Source: a virus
Lineage: Duplodnaviria; Caudoviricetes
Length of the DNA stretch: 57,886 nt
Reading direction: 5' to 3' (one strand)
Virus record (IMG/VR): IMGVR_UViG_3300045973_000815
Coordinates: 1-57,886 of that record
Shown here: in pieces, positions 54,832-57,886 of the stretch
Position numbering within the stretch: position 1 is the first letter of the stretch
How the letters are laid out: each line of letters begins with the position of its first letter
Position numbers and translations under genes: made by a program
The notes under the pieces: generated by a model
What the model was told of the DNA's origin: nothing
Databases searched by the model: none
Seen by the model: the letters and a program-made list of their open reading frames with translations, nothing else

Positions 54832-55843
54832 AGAGGCCGTCCGCTTCGACGAGGGCGCGCGCCGTCTTCTCCACCTCGGCCAGCGACAGCCCGTAGATGC
54901 GGGCCACCACCTTCGCGGCGCCGTCCGTCTCGAGCCACTGCGCCAGCACCGCGTCGACCAAGAGCGCGCGGAGGCGTGCGCCGGTGACGTTGCCCAGTCC
55001 GCGCACCCCGTTCAGTTGCAGGCGGGCTGCGACGGCTGGACTCTCCGAGAGGGCCGACAGCAGGAGCCGCACCTCAGCATCATCGAGCGCCGTCTTCCGC
55101 TGGACAGCATCACCCACGCGGGTGAGGAGGAGCGCATGTGTACGCGTTTGCACTTCGCGCTCTGCGACGGCCGGGCTCGTTGGAGTCGAGCGCCTCCGCT
55201 GCTCCGCGCGGGACGTCTCTGGCATGAAGCGCCGCTGCACCAGCTTCTGCACCGCACGGACAGGCAGCGCACCACCGGCCGACTTCTGGGCGTCTTCTAC
55301 GGCCTTCAGTGCGGCCAGCTGGGGCTTCTCGCCCTTCACGCGGGCGATGGCCACGGCTGACGCCTCCGACGCGATGCGGCCAGCAAGGAAGGCCTTGCGT
55401 GCTTCAGGCACCAGGTCGCGCAACTTCAAGACGGTGAAGACGCTCGAGCGGCTGATGCCCAGGCGCTCGGCCACCTGATCGCCAGTCAGCCCGCCCACCT
55501 TCATCAGGCGCTCGTACCCCTCGGCCAGCTCCAGCGGATGCACGTCGGCGCGGGCCAGGTTCTCCGTCAACTGCGCCTCGAGCACCTCGACGTCCGTCAT
55601 CACGCGCACGATGACGGGCACCGTCTTGAGGCCTGCCAGCTTCGCAGCACGGAAGCGCCGGTGGCCGAAGACAAGCTCCAACTCTCCATCGACGATGCGG
55701 GCCACCAGTGGCTGCAGGACGCCCTGGATTCGAAGGCTGTCGGCCAACTCGGTGAGGTCGCCGAACAACTTGCGTGGGTTTGTTGGACTCTCCCTCAGCT
55801 TCGACAGGGGTACCTGCTCCAGTGAGTTCGCCATGCTTGCCAC
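54821..55843 (-). CDS. parB: ParB/RepB/Spo0J-family protein (ParB2)
   Basis: NPRK, GVLQPLVAR, FGHRRFRAA, ENLARADVHPLELA, HTH. Confidence 0.92.
   Translation of the reverse strand: MASMANSLEQVPLSKLRESPTNPRKLFGDLTELADSLRIQGVLQPLVARIVDGELELVFGHRRFRAAKLAGLKTVPVIVRVMTDVEVLEAQLTENLARADVHPLELAEGYERLMKVGGLTGDQVAERLGISRSSVFTVLKLRDLVPEARKAFLAGRIASEASAVAIARVKGEKPQLAALKAVEDAQKSAGGALPVRAVQKLVQRRFMPETSRAEQRRRSTPTSPAVAEREVQTRTHALLLTRVGDAVQRKTALDDAEVRLLLSALSESPAVAARLQLNGVRGLGNVTGARLRALLVDAVLAQWLETDGAAKVVARIYGLSLAEVEKTARALVEADGLFKE
55138..55153. promoter_or_regulatory. 16-bp palindromic site inside parB2
   Basis: GTGTACGCGTTTGCAC. Confidence 0.7.
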
Positions 55844-55914
55844 CTACCACGCCAAGAAACAGGCGTGAATCGAATGGGCGATGACCATCAAATGAAGAGG
55901 CAAAAGTATAAGTG

Positions 55915-55962
55915 CGGAAGAAAGACGAAGCCCCCGCCAACCGGGAGGGTGGCAGGGGCCTC
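55915..55962 (-). terminator. Rho-independent terminator upstream of parB2
   Basis: GC hairpin followed by TTCGTCTTTCTT on the minus strand. Confidence 0.6.
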
Positions 55963-56003
55963 GTGGGCACGCGGCTGGGTGGGAAGGCCGGCGCCTCTTC
56001 GGG

Positions 56004-56438
56004 TCAGGCGACTCTTCGGTACACGCGAGAGAGGAACCCGCGCTCGTTCTCCTGACGCAGCTGGTGCTCTACCTCTGCCAGGGCCTCCAGCTTCGCCATC
56101 ACGCGGTGCACGGTGGTGGGGCTCGAGCCACAGCGCGCGGAGATGACGGCCGCAGACAGGTACTCCGTCGATGAAAGCACCTGAGCCACGTCGGCCAGGC
56201 GATTCGATGTCTTCCCGCCCTTACGTTTAGCGCCCATGACCTCCAACTGCGCGCGAAGCCTGCGCAACTCCGCGCGCTGTGCGGCAATGACGCCCGACCG
56301 CTCGAGGGGAGAGAATTCACCGTGCTCGACGGCGTCGACCGCAAAGACGTCGCCGCACCAGCAGCACACGCGCTCAGCAGGCGCCGAGTCGTGAAGGCAG
56401 TGCCCTCCGCACAGGTTTGGGTTCTCTCTGCAACTCAC
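56004..56438 (-). CDS. Cys-rich plus HTH protein
   Basis: C..HC.H...CCWC; SAAVISARCGSSPTTVHRVM. Confidence 0.6.
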   Translation of the reverse strand: MSCRENPNLCGGHCLHDSAPAERVCCWCGDVFAVDAVEHGEFSPLERSGVIAAQRAELRRLRAQLEVMGAKRKGGKTSNRLADVAQVLSSTEYLSAAVISARCGSSPTTVHRVMAKLEALAEVEHQLRQENERGFLSRVYRRVA

Positions 56439-56740
56439 GCGTCGAGTTCCTCGCCCTCGTCCTCTTCCGCCTCGCTGCCGTCGCCGACGGCAGTCACCTT
56501 CAGCACCGCATCGCGCTCCGTCAGCGTCAACACCAGCGGAGGCTGCGCGGTCTCGTCGCGGTAGATGGTCTTCCCATGGGTGCGGGCGACCTCCAGCAAC
56601 TTCGCCTTCGCCGCCTTCTCCTCGACGAGCGCAGCCACGCGCGCGTCGCGCTTCTCGACGTACAGCTCGAGCGCCGCGTCCAACTCGGGGATGGTTTCGC
56701 GCTCGACACCTGGGAGTTCTGTCTGCTTCGCCTTCTTCAC
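56435..56740 (-). CDS. Hypothetical protein
   Basis: Coupled ORF; acidic tail. Confidence 0.7.
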   Translation of the reverse strand: MKKAKQTELPGVERETIPELDAALELYVEKRDARVAALVEEKAAKAKLLEVARTHGKTIYRDETAQPPLVLTLTERDAVLKVTAVGDGSEAEEDEGEELDA

Positions 56741-56979
56741 GTTTCACCTCGATGGTCCTGCGTTGAAATCATCCCCTGCTCCTTCGCCATGTCGAGCCAC
56801 ACGGCCTTCTCGGCATCGCTGTGAAACCAGAGGCCGTACGCGTCGAAAAAGTAGATGCCGTTATTGATTCGAATCGCCCCATGAAACGGCTTCCCGGGAG
56901 GGACTGAGGCATGGATGCGCAGCGGCAGTCCCGTCACGGACAGGCCTCCGAAGATGTCGCGCGGGTTCGTCGCGCTCAC
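56737..56979 (-). CDS. Hypothetical protein
   Basis: GTG start overlaps the HNH stop. Confidence 0.55.
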   Translation of the reverse strand: MSATNPRDIFGGLSVTGLPLRIHASVPPGKPFHGAIRINNGIYFFDAYGLWFHSDAEKAVWLDMAKEQGMISTQDHRGET

Positions 56980-57485
56980 AGCTTCACCCGCTTGAACTCG
57001 ACGTGCTTCCACAACTTTCCGTAGAGAATCGCCTCGACAGTCGCGACGCTCACTGAGAAGCGCTTCGCCAGGTCCTTCACCTTCTCGCCCCTCTCGCGAA
57101 GGCCGATGAGTTGCCGCACCTTCTCCTCGGTGAACCTGGCGTTTGGGTGCTGAGCGCCGCGCGCGTACCTGCCATGGCGCAGCCGGTCGGCGGCGTTGTC
57201 GTGTGCGCTACCCCACGCGAGGTTGCTCGCGCAGTTGTTCATCGGGTTCCCATCAAGGTGCCTGACCTGTGCACCCTCAAAGGGAGGCGGCCCGTGGAAC
57301 GCGTCTGCAACCATGCGATGCACACCGACCGGACGAATTCCTGTGCTCGTCACGACAACGACGTTGAGGTATCCCTTTCTGTTCCGAACTTGCGCCAGAG
57401 CGAACGGAATGCGCCGCCGCCGAGCGCTCACGACGACGCCGTCGGCACTCACGAAGTACCCAGGGAATGAGGGGCACTCATTCAT
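56976..57485 (-). CDS. NUMOD4-HNH homing endonuclease
   Basis: PGYFVSADG, KGYL, VHRMVADAF, VRHLDGNPMNNCASNLAWG; C-terminal HTH. Confidence 0.9.
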   Translation of the reverse strand: MNECPSFPGYFVSADGVVVSARRRRIPFALAQVRNRKGYLNVVVVTSTGIRPVGVHRMVADAFHGPPPFEGAQVRHLDGNPMNNCASNLAWGSAHDNAADRLRHGRYARGAQHPNARFTEEKVRQLIGLRERGEKVKDLAKRFSVSVATVEAILYGKLWKHVEFKRVKL

Positions 57486-57886
57486 GGGTGACTCGCTTCA
57501 CGGAAATCACCCAGACCCACGGGTTCGCGTCCCACGACTCGGCGCCGTTGATGGCGCGCCAGAGGTCCGCGTAGGGCAGGCGGTGCGGCTGGTCGCCGAG
57601 CCGTGCGCCGTCGAACCCGGGCCCCGGAATCACCTGGTCAGGCGACACGTCGGTGAACGGCTGAACGCCCTCGGCCTTCGCGTCGTCGTCGGTGATGGCG
57701 TGCAGGCGCTCGACCCGCACGCCGGCCACCTCGAGCGTGAGGCGGCTCGCCCAGCGGGGCATGTGGATTGACGGCCGCCAGAACGCGTGCGGCGAGTCGC
57801 CGTCAGCCGAGTAGGCGAGGGCGTAGGCCATGGCGAGTTCATCGGGCGACCGCCCCTTGATCGAGTCGCGGCACCAGGCGGTCGAG
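57478..57886 (-). CDS. ASCH/PUA-like conserved phage protein, 3' part
   Basis: WRPSIHMPRWASRLTLEVAGVRVERL...WDANPWVWVISV motifs. Confidence 0.8.
   Translation of the reverse strand, partial: STAWCRDSIKGRSPDELAMAYALAYSADGDSPHAFWRPSIHMPRWASRLTLEVAGVRVERLHAITDDDAKAEGVQPFTDVSPDQVIPGPGFDGARLGDQPHRLPYADLWRAINGAESWDANPWVWVISVKRVTHE
57655..57886. repeat. Terminal direct repeat, right copy
   Basis: Matches 1-232 and keeps the conserved WRPSIHMPRWASRLTLE coding sequence. Confidence 0.95.

Larger units (their letters stand above)
1..57886. mobile_element. Complete temperate tailed phage genome (contractile tail), circularly permuted
   Basis: Integrase, replication, packaging, head, sheath, baseplate and lysis modules are all present; 232-bp terminal redundancy; one gene runs across the junction. 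Confidence 0.95.

Overview
The window is an apparently complete, circularly permuted genome of a high-GC temperate tailed phage with a contractile tail (unit length about 57,654 bp; positions 1-232 repeat at 57655-57886). Gene order: leftward early/recombination arm (ASCH-like gene across the origin, ParB, Bet, YqaJ); RHH regulator, tyrosine integrase and an attP made of the 5' half of a tRNA-Gly(CCC); replication (initiator with iterons, DnaB, HU, RusA, Dam-type MTase) among many small Cys-rich ORFs; ParB-MTase fusion; terminase, portal, head, sheath/tube, tape measure, baseplate, fibres; lysis; a second fibre-like module with a LAGLIDADG gene; a second ParB and a NUMOD4-HNH. A myxobacterial host is a plausible inference, not shown. 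Highlights: (1) the large terminase carries a 307-aa intein with no in-frame endonuclease, but an intact HNH endonuclease gene is written on the opposite strand entirely inside it; (2) a 16-bp palindrome (consensus GTGCAAACGTTTGCAC) occurs about 10 times in a phage with two stand-alone ParB genes and no recognisable ParA or CI, suggesting a parS/KorB-like system; (3) two moron cassettes share a 35-bp leader; (4) many genes have TANNNT 6-7 nt before the start codon; (5) there is a possible frameshifted holin with a beta-strand tail and a D-arm-less tRNA-like element. All family calls come from motif recognition by eye, with no database searches.
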